A DNA stretch of 64,000 nucleotides from the NCBI GenBank assembly GCA_964430735.1, contig CAYSFB010000005.1, positions 110,390 through 174,389 on the forward strand, given 5' to 3'. Positions 20,690-34,300 of this stretch are shown here, in pieces. The translations under genes and the position numbers were made by a program. The stretch comes from an uncultured Planctomycetia bacterium. Its GTDB lineage: Bacteria; Omnitrophota; Gorgyraeia; 2-02-FULL-51-18; JAGOUK01. The notes beneath the pieces were generated by a model. The model saw nothing but the letters and a program-made list of their open reading frames with translations. It ran no database searches and was not told where the DNA came from. How positions within the stretch are numbered: the first letter of the stretch is position 1; every line of letters starts with the position of its first letter.

Positions 20690-22390
20690 ATGTCCTCAAA
20701 ATATCTGATCAGGAGCATTGCGCTCACTTTATCCATACTTTTCCCAATTCATGATCTTTGTTGGGCGGCCGCGTCGCGCCCCGGAGAAGCGGTTCCCGCC
20801 GCGCTTCCGGTCCCTGTTCCGACGGTTCAGGCCCTGACCGCTGATCCGCACCGCATCGAATTGCCGTCCGCCAGCATCCATCTCAAAGACGCCCGCCCCG
20901 GTACTGACGGCCGGCTTTTTATCCTGATCGAAGACCCCCACGCGAATTACGGCGGTCAGAAAAATATCTCCGCGGGCTTGAGCGCGCTTGCGCGGACGTA
21001 CGGAATCAAGACCGTCTTGCTGGAAGGCGGCGACCGCAAGGCGAATCTGGATGCGCTCAAGCCTCTGGTCGGGCCGCGCGAGCTGAGGATCGGCGCGGAG
21101 CAGCTGTTGCGCGAGGGTATTTTGAGCGGTCCGGAGCATTTGAGTCTGACGGGGGATGAGAAGATTGATTTTTACGGCGTCGAGAACGCCGCGCATTACC
21201 GTGCCGCGCTCCTGGCGTATGCGCGCGTGGCGGATCTGCGTAAACCGGCCGGCCGGGATCTGCACGCCGTCCGCAATGCGCTCGAAGCGCTCAAAGCCCG
21301 GCTTTATCCTGACACGCTGTTGGATTACGAAAATGACAAACGCTTGAATGCCGACTCCGATCCCTCGCAGATCGACCGGTTGTTCGATCTGGCCCGCAAG
21401 GCCGGCGCCGGGCTCGAAGCGTTTCCGTCGCTTGCGGCTATCGACCGGATCCGGTCCGCACAGTCCCGCATCGACTTCCGCGCCGTGAACCGGGAGCAGG
21501 AAAATCTTTGTGCCGCGCTTCACGCGACGCAGCATGCCGACGAGGCCGATTCGCTCGCGCGGGAGATCGGCCGCACGACTTCGCCGATCGAGCTCAAGCG
21601 CCTGATCGACCGGTTGCTCACGCTGCGGGGACACGTTGAGTACAACATGTCCCCGAATCTGGCCGCATACTCGGCTTATCTCGACTCCTTCAAGTCGATC
21701 GACTGGGGATCCGTGCTCACCGAATCCGAAGCGCTCGAAGCTCTGTCGTACAAGTCCCTCCTCGCCGACCCCGACGCCCGCAAAGTCGCCGTGCTCGACA
21801 TTTACCTGCGCTGGATGCAAAAAGCCTTTGACCTCGCGCTCACCTCCCGCGAGTTTGAACTCCTGAAGAGCAATCGTTCTCAATTTGAGGCCGGAGCATG
21901 GACGGGATTTTTGGAGAAAAAATCCGAAGCGCTCGGCATCCGGGACCTGCGCATCCCGAAGCAGCCCGCCTTTGACCGCGCCTGGCCTTCGGTCCGCGCT
22001 TTTTACTCCCTCGTAAACCTCCGCGACCGCGCCCTGCTCGAAAATGCCGGCAGGATCCTCGAAGAGCGCGGGGAAAAAACCGCCGTCCTCGTCGTCGGCG
22101 GTTATCACACCGAGCATCTTAAAAAACTCATCCAGAAGTCCGGCTCCGGCTGGGCGGTGCTCACTCCCCAGGTCCAGGCCGCGACGGACCGCGGGCAGTA
22201 CGAAAGACTTCTCCTGACCCCGCTCAACCGTTCTGCCCGCCGTGACGCGGCGTCTGCTGATCCCGTCAACATCGCTGTCCCGCTTCTCGCCGGCAGTCGT
22301 CTTTCCGCAGGTTTTGATCTTTCGGTAGAGCGTTCTTTGGGATCGGCTCCGGCTGCGGCTCTGCGCACTCTCCGTGCCGGCGAGCCCCGA
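20690..22390 (+). other. module 1 (567 aa): signal peptide plus conserved N-terminal domain shared with the ORF at 61729; tentatively TraB/ChaN/Tiki-superfamily-like
   Basis: ILIEDPHANYGGQ...VLLEGG...VLVVGGYHTEHL parallels VLLQDPHTNESGQ...VYTEGG...ALIAGGYHAPSL in the second gene. The superfamily call is tentative. Confidence 0.35.
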
Positions 22391-25300
22391 GGCGCGCGAA
22401 TGGCCGCTTCGGGAGACGTCGTGAGTCAGAGCCGTGCGGCAAAAGAGGCCGTTCTTCTGGAAATGAATCAGCTCCGAAAAAGCGGATTTGATTCATGGCC
22501 CCTGAGCCAAAGACTGGATTGGCTCAAGTCCTGGCAGGATCGTGAAGTCATCGAGACGTGGGATTGGAACGAACTGATGTCCGAGGCAGGTCTGACATTC
22601 GGGCCAGGTCGATCCGTTGTGCCCGATGTCGGTGAGCGGGGGGTCGGCGTATCCGTATTTGATAAATTCAAAATTCTCAGTATCTCCGATGGCGCCGGTT
22701 CCGCTCAGCCCCGCTTCCTGACCGTCAACGGGTCGCTGCATGATTGCATCGCCCTGACTCTTTTTGACCCGGCCGGCCGCACCGGAGTTCTGTTTCACCT
22801 GCACTATCTCCAAGACGCAGATACGGTCATCTCCCGAGCCATGACCGAACTGGCTTCGCAGAGGTCCGGCGCAGAGCCGCGTTGGCAGGCTCGATTGGCC
22901 GGCGGTTGGTCGGAACAGTCCGAAGATCTGGCGATCCGAATCCTGCGGGCTCTGGAGCAGCGTCAGATTCCCGTGGAGAGCATCGACATCCTGAGCAGAC
23001 CTGCCAGGCCGATCCAGGATGCGGTCGACAGCGCGTACGGCGGGGTTCGCCCTGTTTTGGATGTCGCGACGGGAGCGCTTTATGAGATTGCCCCCGGTCG
23101 ATCCGGCGCGCGGATGGCATCGAGGACTTTGCGGGCGGGCACGGCATCAGTCTTGTTTGCCGTTTTGGCTAATGCCTATGTGTATGCGTTGTTCCGACAC
23201 CACCTTGCGGGAGCCCTCGGCCCCTGGACGTCGGGAATCGTCGGATTTGTTGTCAACACATCCATCTTCTTAACCTTTTCGGGCTGGTTTAGGTGGAGCC
23301 ATCTATCCGAGGAAGCCGCGTTAAACAAGGTCCGGAAGGTTCGGTTGGACTTGATTCGTCGGGCAACACTTGCGGAGGACTGGAATCTGGTGCGGGCCCT
23401 CAAGCGCACGACACCCAAGATCGTACTCCCATCCGAGTATTCCAAAGTCGTTTACGGCGGTAAGCAGAATACCGTGAGCAAGTCGGGCAAAAAGATACGG
23501 CACATACTTCTCACGCCCGAACTGGCGGTCTCTGCGCAGGCGATCCGCTATCTTCTGGTGCGCCGTTCGTTGGGTTTTGATTACGATGAACAGGTTGCAG
23601 CCATCCGCTCCTCAGGGCGCGGCGACATCCCGTTCTTTACCGTTTGGCAGCGCTTTTATTGGGTGAGCTACTCGGACCTGGAGACCTTAAAGCGCGCCCA
23701 TATGTATCCGCTCTTCAGCGTTTACATTCTGGTTCACGGATCGCTCATGAATACCGTTGCCCTGACGGCCTCCATCGTGCTCCGGCTCTACCATCAGGTC
23801 TTGGGCGGCGCGAAGCGGGAGGGGGATATCATCACCGTCCCGGCTCTTGTGACCGGCGTTGCGGTGGCGACATATGCCTTGGGTTTGGTTGCCGAAACAG
23901 GCGGAAGGATGCTGATTGCCGCAGCCTCGGGCGCCAATCCCTGGGATGGGCTGGCCCATATCCAAATGTCGTTCGCCGGGCATCTGGCGGTGATGAATTC
24001 GCTTTTGTCCTACGTGTATCTCAGGGAAACGATCGCCAAGTTTGATTTGGATGCCCAGCCCGAACGATCAGGTGCGCGGTTGGCGGACAATCCGGCGGTT
24101 CAGCAGGCGTTTGATCCTTCGCGCGGTATGCTCACGGCCCAAGACCTGAGCGTGGAAGCGGCACCGGCTGTTTTGGCCGGACAGATCCGGATGGTGATGG
24201 AAAAAACCGGCAAGAGCAGGGATGTCATCGCCGTATTTGATCTCGACGATTATGGGCATCTTCGGAAATCCGCCGTGTCGGCCGGAGCCTCAATGACGGG
24301 CATCATCTCGCATGAGAGTCTCGCCATCCGCATGGCCGGTTTGGGCATGCGCTATTTCCAAAGCATGCTCATGGAACGCGACGCGGACGGCCGCGTGGTG
24401 CAGATCAACGTCATTCCACGGCTCATTTCTGCGGACGCCGACGCCAGACGATCCAGTTTCGGGCGGGCGGTTCTGCTAATGACACAAGTCGTTCGTGAAC
24501 TGGGTCTCGACCCCTCTCAGATCGTTACGAACGACTTTTTTTCCGTGAACAGCGCTTTTAAAACCACGCTCGACCGCGTCGCCGCTCATGCGGTGCAAAA
24601 CCAGTCCGAGATCAGGGAAACCGGTGCGCGGTTGGCGGATCGCGCGGAGTCCGCTGCCTTGAGCGATGCTGAAAAATCCAGGCTCACCCCCGAGTATCGG
24701 ACCGCGGCAGAGTTTTTTGACAACTTCGAACGTCTGAAGGCCGCTCATCCGGATCATAAGTGGATCGTGGTTGGCCGGCACATGGAATCCACGTCGAACC
24801 TGTTCCGATATCTTCAATCCTACATCACGTATTCTCCGCCGACCCTTCTGGGTCTGTTGCAGCGGTATTTTATGGGCCGGTTCTTGTCCGCCAAGGGAAT
24901 TCAGTTCGACCGCATCATCGCAAGCGATCTGGAGCGCGCCCACAGCCTGGGTCAAAAAGTGGCGGATCAAAACTCCGCGGCTGTTGAAGTGAAGCGGAGA
25001 CTGCGGGAGGTCATGACGATCTCTCTCGGCGGCATCCGCAGCGACCTGTTCGACGTCGCGCGCGAAGCGCAGCGGCTGCGTTTCATGTCTCACCCCGAAA
25101 ATTACGACATTCCGGGATATTCCGGAAGGGAAGTCACGACCTATATCCAGGAGCTTTTTTACAAAGACGTTCCGGGCCATGCGGCGCGGACGACGTTTGT
25201 CGCGACGCACGGCATGACGATCATTCTACTGCTCCATTATCTGCTGAAGATTCCGTTCGAGAAGTATGAAGCCGTTTTTAAAATGACCGGCAATTCGCCC

Positions 25301-28300
25301 AATGTCGGCCTGAGCGTCTTCTCCTACGACCCGTTGGAACGCTCTTGGAAAATGTGGGTGTATGCGGACAACTCTTATCTGCCCGCCTGGGTCCGGCCCG
25401 AAAGTACGGGCGGGTTCTTCCGCATGTTGGAACGGATTTTTTACGTCGGTCAGGGCATTTACCGCATCGGTTTGCGGATATTTGGGCATCAGGGTTATGG
25501 TCAGCCGGATTACTTTCCGCTGGTCCTGCCGTTCGTCCGGCCTTCCTCAGCCCAGATCCGGGTGCTCAGCAAGATGGCGCATCACGGCGTTTCAAAGGTC
25601 CGCCCATCCGGAGATCAGGCAAGCCCTCCGTTCCAAGGCGCGCGTCTGGCGCGCGGCGATCGGGAGCGAATGGAAAACGTGCTCCGCCGCGTCCGTTACC
25701 GCAGGGGAGTCCTGCCATCGCTGAAGGTGGCCGCTCAATTGTACGACGAGCATGGCCGGTATCTTTCCTCCGGCACCAACCGCACGGGCAGGCCGCATGC
25801 AGAGCCGGATGCCGTGCTCAATGCCTTTAAGCGCAAGATCCGCGATTCTAAAAAACAGGGAATAGATTCGGAGAAGATCCACCTGGCCGAAACAGTTGCC
25901 GACTATCTGCATCTTCGGTGGAGGACGCTGGATCGCGATACGGATGAAGTGACTTTAGCCCTGCTGGATTGGCTGAATCTGGCCCTGAACACCCCTCTCA
26001 AAAATGCATCGTTTTACGTGAGTCTGGATCCCTGTAAGCAATGCGCCGGGCTGCTGAGCCGTTTGGGCGTCCGGCAGGTTTTTTACGGAATGTACGATTC
26101 GAATCCGCTTCAGGACGGAAGGGGCCTCTCCATTTTGAATCAGAACGGCATTCAGGTGCAAAACCATCTGATGGAGCGCTCGTTCGAAATGGAGAATGCC
26201 TTGTTTGTCCGCGCCGTCAAACTCATGCCGGCGCTCTACCTCATGCTGCACAATGCCAGGAAAAATCTTTTCGCAGCATGGTTCCGGCACACGTATGCGG
26301 ACCGCTTATCCGGTCTTGAGCTCACGCTTCGGAAGCATCGTGAAATCGCCGATATCCTCGACGCGCCGCCGAATTCCCCCGTGCTGAAGCGGAACCGGCT
26401 TGATTGGCGGCCGATTCGACATCACACCACGAACATCGCCCAGATGCGGATGTCGATGCTCACTCGCAGCATCGTCAATCCGGATTCCAAAAACACCCGG
26501 GTTCTTTACGGAGGGGCCGGCACCGATTTGACCGGTGTTTTGGAGACTTTTGGACCTGCGGATGTTGCCATGGTTTCGTATTACCACGGGTTGCAAAAGG
26601 AGGATTTGCAGACTGCGATCGAGATTCTGCAGAATTCAGGCGAGCAACCGCCTCTACTGGGCGACCGGCGCGCTGACGAGTACCGCCGTGTAAAAACCGT
26701 CTATGGTTTTGGAACCCGGCATTATCTCGAAAACCGTCACGAAATCACCAATGCGCTCGCCATCGAATTGGCTGCGGTCGGAGCGGAGCGGGCCCGGGTT
26801 GATGTGGAATCGGAAGTGCCGAGACTTATTTTTGAATGTCCGGATCCATGGACCGGAAAACTCAGGACGGTTTCTGTGCTTTTCATCGAAGCGGATATTA
26901 CTGAGTCTGACCGGTATCCCGACGCTTTAAAGGAATGGATGCGAAGTGGGTTCGACGGATACTTTCAAAAAGCGGGGCTCAAGATCGCCCAGGCCTATTT
27001 GACTCGGCCCGAATATCTCCGCGGCATCTACGACCGCATGAAGCCGGAAGGGTATTTTGCAACCGATGATACGGCGTATGTGGAGTTCGATCCAGATGTG
27101 GAGGCGGACATCTTCCAGGACTTTTCGGACTATTTTCCGGTCAAGGACGGCATCCGGAGCATTTATCCCGATGGGCTGGGGGAAGTGATCCAGGCTCGCA
27201 TTGCGGGAGACAGCGCCTTTTCAAGCCGCTCCGAGTTGACCTTGCGGCAGATGTACGGCTTTTATCTCCGGCTGCGGCAAAAAAGCGTCGGCGCTCGCCT
27301 GGCCGCGCCCGGGGAAATCACCGACCTGCTGCCGGATCCGGCTCAAGCCCTTCCGTACGAACAATTGATGAGCAATTACAAAGGCTATTTGAGCGAAGGC
27401 TTGATGCGGGACGTTCTCGGGACCTACACGGCGCATTTTGTCCCCGCTTCGCTGGATCCGCAGGCCCGGGAGACGGATGCGCGGATCGTCCGCGAAAATG
27501 CCGGAAGAGGTTACGCCGATCTTCAGGTGACGCGGGTGCTGGACTACCACCGCTACATCGTTCCGATGATCCGTCAGTGGAAGACGGAACATCCTGACAA
27601 GCGTCTTCTGGTGCTCAACGTGGACACCCACGACGATCTGGCGACGTCTTATTCGTGGGTCAACGACGCGAACTGGGCGTATCGGGCCAACAACAGCGGT
27701 TTGGCCGACGTCTATCACGTTTATCCCGACGAGAATTTCCGCGCGTTCGAGTCAGACGCGCCGACGCAGCCCAAGGCGTTGAGGGATCTGGTGCTGAATC
27801 CCGAGATCAATCCGAATAGCTATGACGAGGTCTGGGTTACCATCGATTACGACTACTACTCCGCCCGCAGCGGGTATTACGCGGGCTCGTACAACCTCGA
27901 CCGGTTCGAGAGAGATCTGGAGCTGCGGGCGCTGACGGGTTTTTTCAGGCAAAACCGAATCCGGGTCTCCAAGGTTGTCCCGGTCATTTCCAAAGAATAC
28001 CTCTATCACATGGAGCCGGCCGATCAGACGAAGTTCGTGGAGGAATTGACCCTCCAGATCCATGAAGCATTTGAGCAGCTCTCCCGCAGCCAGACCGATT
28101 ATCCGGCCTCAGACAAGCCGTGGACGGTCGAAGTCCCCGAGGGAGAGTCCTATTGGGAATTCGCGATGCGCCGCTCGCTGGGTATGGGCGCGCGGCTGGC
28201 CGGCGATCCGACGGATCAGCATGGGCGCATCGTCGAGTTGTTGGAAAAACCGGACACGCGCCTCGTCCGCATGCCGAGCAACGGCTTCGACCGGTACCGT

Positions 28301-31300
28301 ATCGAGGCCGCGGACGGCGGCGTTTTGTACGAGTTGGTGGGCCAAGAGTCCGGCTCCGGTCTTGCGCCTGTGTGGCTGATCGAGCCGATCGACCTTTCCC
28401 GACTCGAAGCCGGCGACGCGCGGATCATCCTCGACTTCCGCACCGAACCAGAAAAAACACAAGCCTTCGATGCTCTGGTCCGCAGCAAGGCGGAGCATGC
28501 TGCGGCCGCAGAGGATCCAGGCGTGCATGCGGATTATCTGCAATCCTCCATCAAGAGTTATCTCGATGCCGGGCTGCTGAATCCTCCAGCCTCTTCGACC
28601 GGCGATCTTTTGGCCGATCACTTTAAAGGAGCGTCGGTCCTGAATATCGGTCTGGAAACGGATGAGTACGGACAGTTGCGGGACAAAAATATCGTGACGC
28701 ATCTCAGGTCGCGCGGAGTGGACGCCGTCGGCGTCGATCCGCAGGCCCCGAACCGGCCGGATCTGGGACTGGTGAACGGTCTCGCGCAGAGACTCGACGT
28801 CCTGCCAGCCGATCGGTTCGATTGGGCGGTGAGCATCGGTCTCTTCGATCCCGGATTCATCGAAACACGGTTCATGAACGGCCGCCGCGCTTTTACCGAC
28901 GAGAGTTATCGCTCCGTGGCGAACGGACTTCGGCGCGTACTCAAGGACGGCGGACGCTTCCTGGTCAACACTTACAGCAATCCGAACGACAAGCTGACGC
29001 AGGCGCTCATCGACCGCGGATTCGTGCGGATGGAACAGGTAGACGGAACCGGAACCAGGATCTATATCAACCGCAAGCCCAAGCCCTCTCTCATGGAAGA
29101 CCCGGCTGTCCGCCGTTTTATGAAAAAGTTCGGCCTCGACGGCGCGCGGCTGTCATCCGCCCTATCAGATGTCATAGATGGCCGGGAAGGAGCTTACACT
29201 TCTCTTTGGGTGGAACTTTATCCGGTCATCATTCGGAAGATCGATTCGTTTGTCCAACGTGCCGGCAGCCCGACGGATCTGGACGTCAGCCGCATACAAG
29301 ATCACGTTGAGCAGGGTCTGCGGCGCATGATCCTGGAACAAGTCCGTTATCGCGAGAACATCAACTATGCTTTGATCCACACCATGATCCGCCGGAGGAT
29401 CATCGACAGTGCGAGGTCTCAGACCGGATTCAAGCGGGCGCGTCAAGTCCGTACTTACTCATCTGATCCGGCTGATATGACGGATCTTTGGCGCGACGAT
29501 CGACCGTCTGCGGAATCTGCTGCGGGTGATTCCACCGGTCCTTCGGCGGTAGTGAGCCAGTCCTTGGACCGGATGCTGAGCTTGGCCATTCAAGAGTATT
29601 TGGACGCTGCGCATGCCTACAGTCCGGACAAGCCGCGGAGCATCCTCAATCTTCTTTTGGGCGTCGGCCGGGATCGGGCGATCCAGATCAACAGGCCTTT
29701 ATTTGCGGCTGTGGCAAAACAGGCAGGCATATCCCAATCCCGGGTCTCTCAAATATGGAGCGGATATCTCAAGTATATCGTGGCCCATCCATCACATCGG
29801 CAGGAAATGATATCGCTGGTTCAGTATTATCCGTCGTGGCTCAATCCTCGAGATCGACGCTTCATGGGACATCAACGGTTGGGTGCGCGGCTGGCCGGCG
29901 TTTCGGAGCAGGATTTGAACGGGTTCGTGAGGTTCATCCTGTCAGGCCGGTTCGAGCCTTTTGATCCGGAGCACACGCGCATCATGGCCCGGGCATCGGA
30001 ATCGGGATCCGATGATCCGGTCACGGCCATGATTCTGGAATCGACCGACCAAGGACAGCAAAAATTGCAAACGCTGGCGGTGGTGAACCGCGAGGGCCGA
30101 TTGGTCGCGGGGGCTACCGTCAGCATGTGGTTCACCGGCGGGAAGAAGTGGCTGAACGTCATCCGCATGGACACGTATGAAAAAGGCCGGAGTTACATGC
30201 GCCGAGCCGCGCGGCAGTTGCTGGTGCAAGGCCAGATCGATCTGTGGAGGTCCAGCGACAATCTGTCCGCCGCCGGAATCAAGCTGCATACCAGCTTCGA
30301 GGGAGACGCCGAGATCGGGGTGCGCCGAGACCTCGGGGCGTACGATCTTTATCTGAAGCCGCAGACGGGCGCGCGGATGGCGGACGCTGATCTGACCGGA
30401 GAGCTTCGTTGGAAAAGCTGGTTCCGGCCGTGGATGCTGGATCTCGAAAAACCGGAGCAGCTGAATCTTTTCTTGCGCCGCCTGAATTTTCTTTCGGGCC
30501 TTCCGGGGTATCACGCTTCGAGAATGCTGGTTTCGACGGCTGTCCCGCTTCACATTTTTCAGGTGCCCGTTTTTAAGGCGAACTCCGCGTGGATGATGGG
30601 CTTCATGGCCGCTCACCTGATTCTGACGGCAAGGGGTAAGCGGTTCACGGAGGAGCAGAATTTGCGGATGCAATACGGCCGACCGGTGCTGCAGACATCC
30701 GGAGCGTTCCGTTACACCCAGCATCCATTTTATCTGGCCTATTTTTCGGTCTACCTGACACACTTTTTCATTCAGCCCAACTGGTTCTCGTTCGGGGCGA
30801 TGCTGAGCATGGCCGCTTTTACCGCGCTCCGGATCGTCGTCGAACAGCACGAAATGTGGGCCCTGCACGGCAATAAATATCTGGCGTATTGGCAGTCCAC
30901 CCCCATCCTGTTTCCCTGGACCCGGCCCGGCGGCCCGTCCGGCGCGCGGATGGCCGGTGATTCGGATCGGGCCAAGCGGATCCAGTCCGGACTCACCCGG
31001 GCATTGGCGGAAAACGCACGATTGCTCAGAACCATCGCTCGGGAAGGCGCGATGCCGGAAATCGATCTGGAAGAGTCGGTGCGCTTCGAATTCGGCGACG
31101 ATGGGCGCCTGGGCAATCTAGGGCTGATGGATCGCGGGCGATACACGCCCATCGGCAGAGAAATTGCCGTCCGCATCATCCGCGCAGGAGCCCTCATTCT
31201 CAGCGAATATTCTGATCGTTACCGGCTGAAGGACGGAAGTAAAACGGTCTACGTTCGAATTCAGGAGCCGTCCCTCTCACCGGCGGAAGAGGACGGCCGC

Positions 31301-34300
31301 GAACCGGGTGACTCCAGTCTGATCGAATCGGCCCGCAAAGAAATCCAGATTGCATGGAACGGGCTCATGGATCTCTCCAAAGACTGGACGATGGATCATC
31401 CGCAGTTGAATGCCTTGTCACATCTGCTGTCAGGCCTGATGACCTTAAACTCTCATTTGAGACAAATGATGAACAACGGCCCGCCCAGCGCCGAATCTAC
31501 CGCCCTTATCCACGAACGAATCCAAAATTGGGCGATCCCTCAAATCAAGGGCGCCATGAGCTTCCTGACTCAAAGCGATCTCCGACAGGCATTGAGCCCT
31601 TCTCAAAGAGTCGCTCTTCTGGGAGATGACGGACCGCTTCTCAAGGCCCAGGCCTATCTCCGCCGGTTTCTCGGCGCGCGGATGGCGACCGCGCGTTTTG
31701 TGGAGGATGGATGGACGGTGCTGCGCCGGCTGACCGACGCGGATTTTGGAGCAGGCGCGTCGCCTGAAGCTCGCCGATTTATGAGGGAGTATTCCGCCTT
31801 CAAGAACGGGTCCAAATGGCATGCCCAGCGCTTTGCTCATGAGATCGTTTCGCTGATTCGAGAAAAGGAATCGCTCTCGGACCTCTCGGAATGGGCAGTT
31901 GTCACGCCGCGCGTGATGAGCCGGAAGACCCCGGCTGTGCACGCTCTAGGCGAAAGCATCGCTTCCCAACTTGGAATCACGCACGTTCCCCTGTGGAGGA
32001 ACTCGCCTCGCGAAAACGGCGAGCATTACTCCCGCATTGCCACGGCCGAGGAGCGGATGCGATTCAAAACAGAATCCGCCGGCGACCTGATACTTTCCGA
32101 AGAGTTGAGAGGCAAAAAAATCCTGCTCATCGACGATCTCATCACGACGGGAGCGACGCTGCAGTCGGTGAAGCGCTTTTTGGAAGAATCCAACGGCGTC
32201 CGGAGCATCCGCGTGTACGCCGCCGCTTCGCTGGAGACCGACCGTGCGGACCTCGAATACGAACTGAACACGAATCTCATGAACCTGGCTGCGTTCGAGC
32301 TGTTGGACGCGATTTGGTCGGCATTCCTGCCCACCCATCTTGCGCTTCAAACGGTTCTGACACATGTCCATTTTGACCGTCTGGTGAGCGCCCTGTCTTA
32401 TCCGAGTCTGCAGGCGATCACCCGCGCAGCGCATCGGTATTTTACCGGATTCCGGAATCCGACACCCGAAGAACAGCGACGAATGGATGTCGTCGGATCG
32501 GAACTGAAACGCCGCGCCAAAGAGCATCGGGAAACGGCCGAGCGAATCGACGTCCACGCGTCGTTTCGCCGCGTTCCCGGACTCGGGTCGGGGATTCCCG
32601 TCGCGTTTATCGCCAAAGGCGACGGCGATGCCGCCTATCGTGCCTCACGGATCGAGACGCGCAATACCGCTAATCCGGGATCTCCAGCACAGGCTTTTGG
32701 TAAGCGCCGCGAATTCCGAGAAAACGGCTTTGTGGCTGTCGGCGAATTCAGCGACAACGGTTCCGTATCACACCAGTGGAAAATAGAATTATGGGACCCC
32801 AGAGGATTCGCCCAAAGAGGGGATGAAGCGATCCTGGGACTGCAGGACGAAATCAGGATCGTTCGTATGTCCGACGGATCGCTTGTGCACACGATCCGGC
32901 ATCCGAAGTTAACATCCGTACACACCATCGAACTGAACCCCCGCGACCCCAATCTGGCGCTGATCACCGCGACGGGTTCCGACAGGATCCTGGAAATCGA
33001 CCTCCGAGACGGGTCGATTGTTTGGGAGTGGAACCCCTGGAGGAACGGATACGGCGTCAACAAGCTCGGCTTGAGGATCTTCGAGGACGGCGATCCGCTG
33101 CCAGCCGGAGCGGCCGTCATCGGATTTGAAGAAGCGAAACGCAGGATGGAATCCGGTGAAGCGGTGCGCGAAGAGGAGAATCTGGTCCATGTTGTGAGTT
33201 TTGACCGCCCCGATGCGATCCTCGAAAAATGGGAAAAGACCGCGAGTCCGAACTGGGCCGGATACGGTCCCGACGGAACCATTCTTGCGACCTTGTTCCG
33301 GGTTAATCAGGCCGTGCAGATCGACCGCGCCGGCGGCGTCCGCGTGCTCTATGACGATCTTCGACGCCCGCACGCAATGATCCGGTATAAAAACGGTTAT
33401 CTGATTCCCGACACGATGAACGGACGGATTGTGATCCTTAAGGACGACTTCACGCTCGATCAGGTTTATGACTTATCCACCTTTCCGAACGAGCGCAACC
33501 TTCCGCATCGTTCGTACGAATGGCTCCAGTTCGCCCATCCGATATCGGACGATCTGATCGCGGTGGTCGATTCTCGCCGGAACAAAGTGTTCGTGCTCGA
33601 TCCGGAAAATTCTTTATATTCGGAATATCCCTATGACCCGAATCGAACGATGCAGGCGGTCCTTCCAGTGGTCGATGCGTCGGCCGCGCGGCTGGCGGCT
33701 CCGAAGACGCACGATTTATCCGATACGATCGGGAAGCAGATCGATGCTCTGGACGAGTTCGCCAGGCAGTCTTCGGTCCGAGTGCAGTACGAGAGCGAGC
33801 CGGAGCGCATCGAATTCGTTGATCCGAATTACGAAGAACGGTCCGGTCAATTCCAGCTGGGATCCGCGATCTTCCACGTCTTGGAAAACGCCATCAAATA
33901 TTCTCATCCCGGAGGCGCGGTCGCGGTCCGGACCCAGCGCGAGGCGGATGGAACGATCACCATCTCGATCCGCGACAGCGGGATTGGGATCGAAGAACCC
34001 TATTTATCCAATGTTAAAAAGGGGGTGTTGTATTACCGGCACCCCGCCGCCCAGCGCCACGCGAGAGGCAGCGGCCGCGGTCTGGTCGTTTCCAAGGAAA
34101 AAATCGAGCGGGTTTACGGAGGGACGTTTGAGATCCAAAGCGGAGGCTGGTCCGACGGCACCTCCGTCACGATGAGGTTCCGACCCGGCAGCCCGTCCGG
34201 CGCTCGGTTGGCCGCGTTTCAGGCGGACGCGGTGGCCGCGTTGCTGCGCATGGCGAACCAAGAACAGGATCCTGACAACAAGAAGTCGATCGCGGACTAT

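Noticed and set aside
20729-22117. Long antisense ORFs inside the giant gene. This one is 462 aa. Others include 37460..39982 minus (840 aa), 42677..43897 minus, 44078..45070 minus, 50255..51412 minus and 46856..47743 minus.
   Set aside because: Arg/Gly/Pro-rich translations with no motifs, typical of reverse-frame read-through in GC-rich coding DNA. The plus-frame domains are unambiguous.
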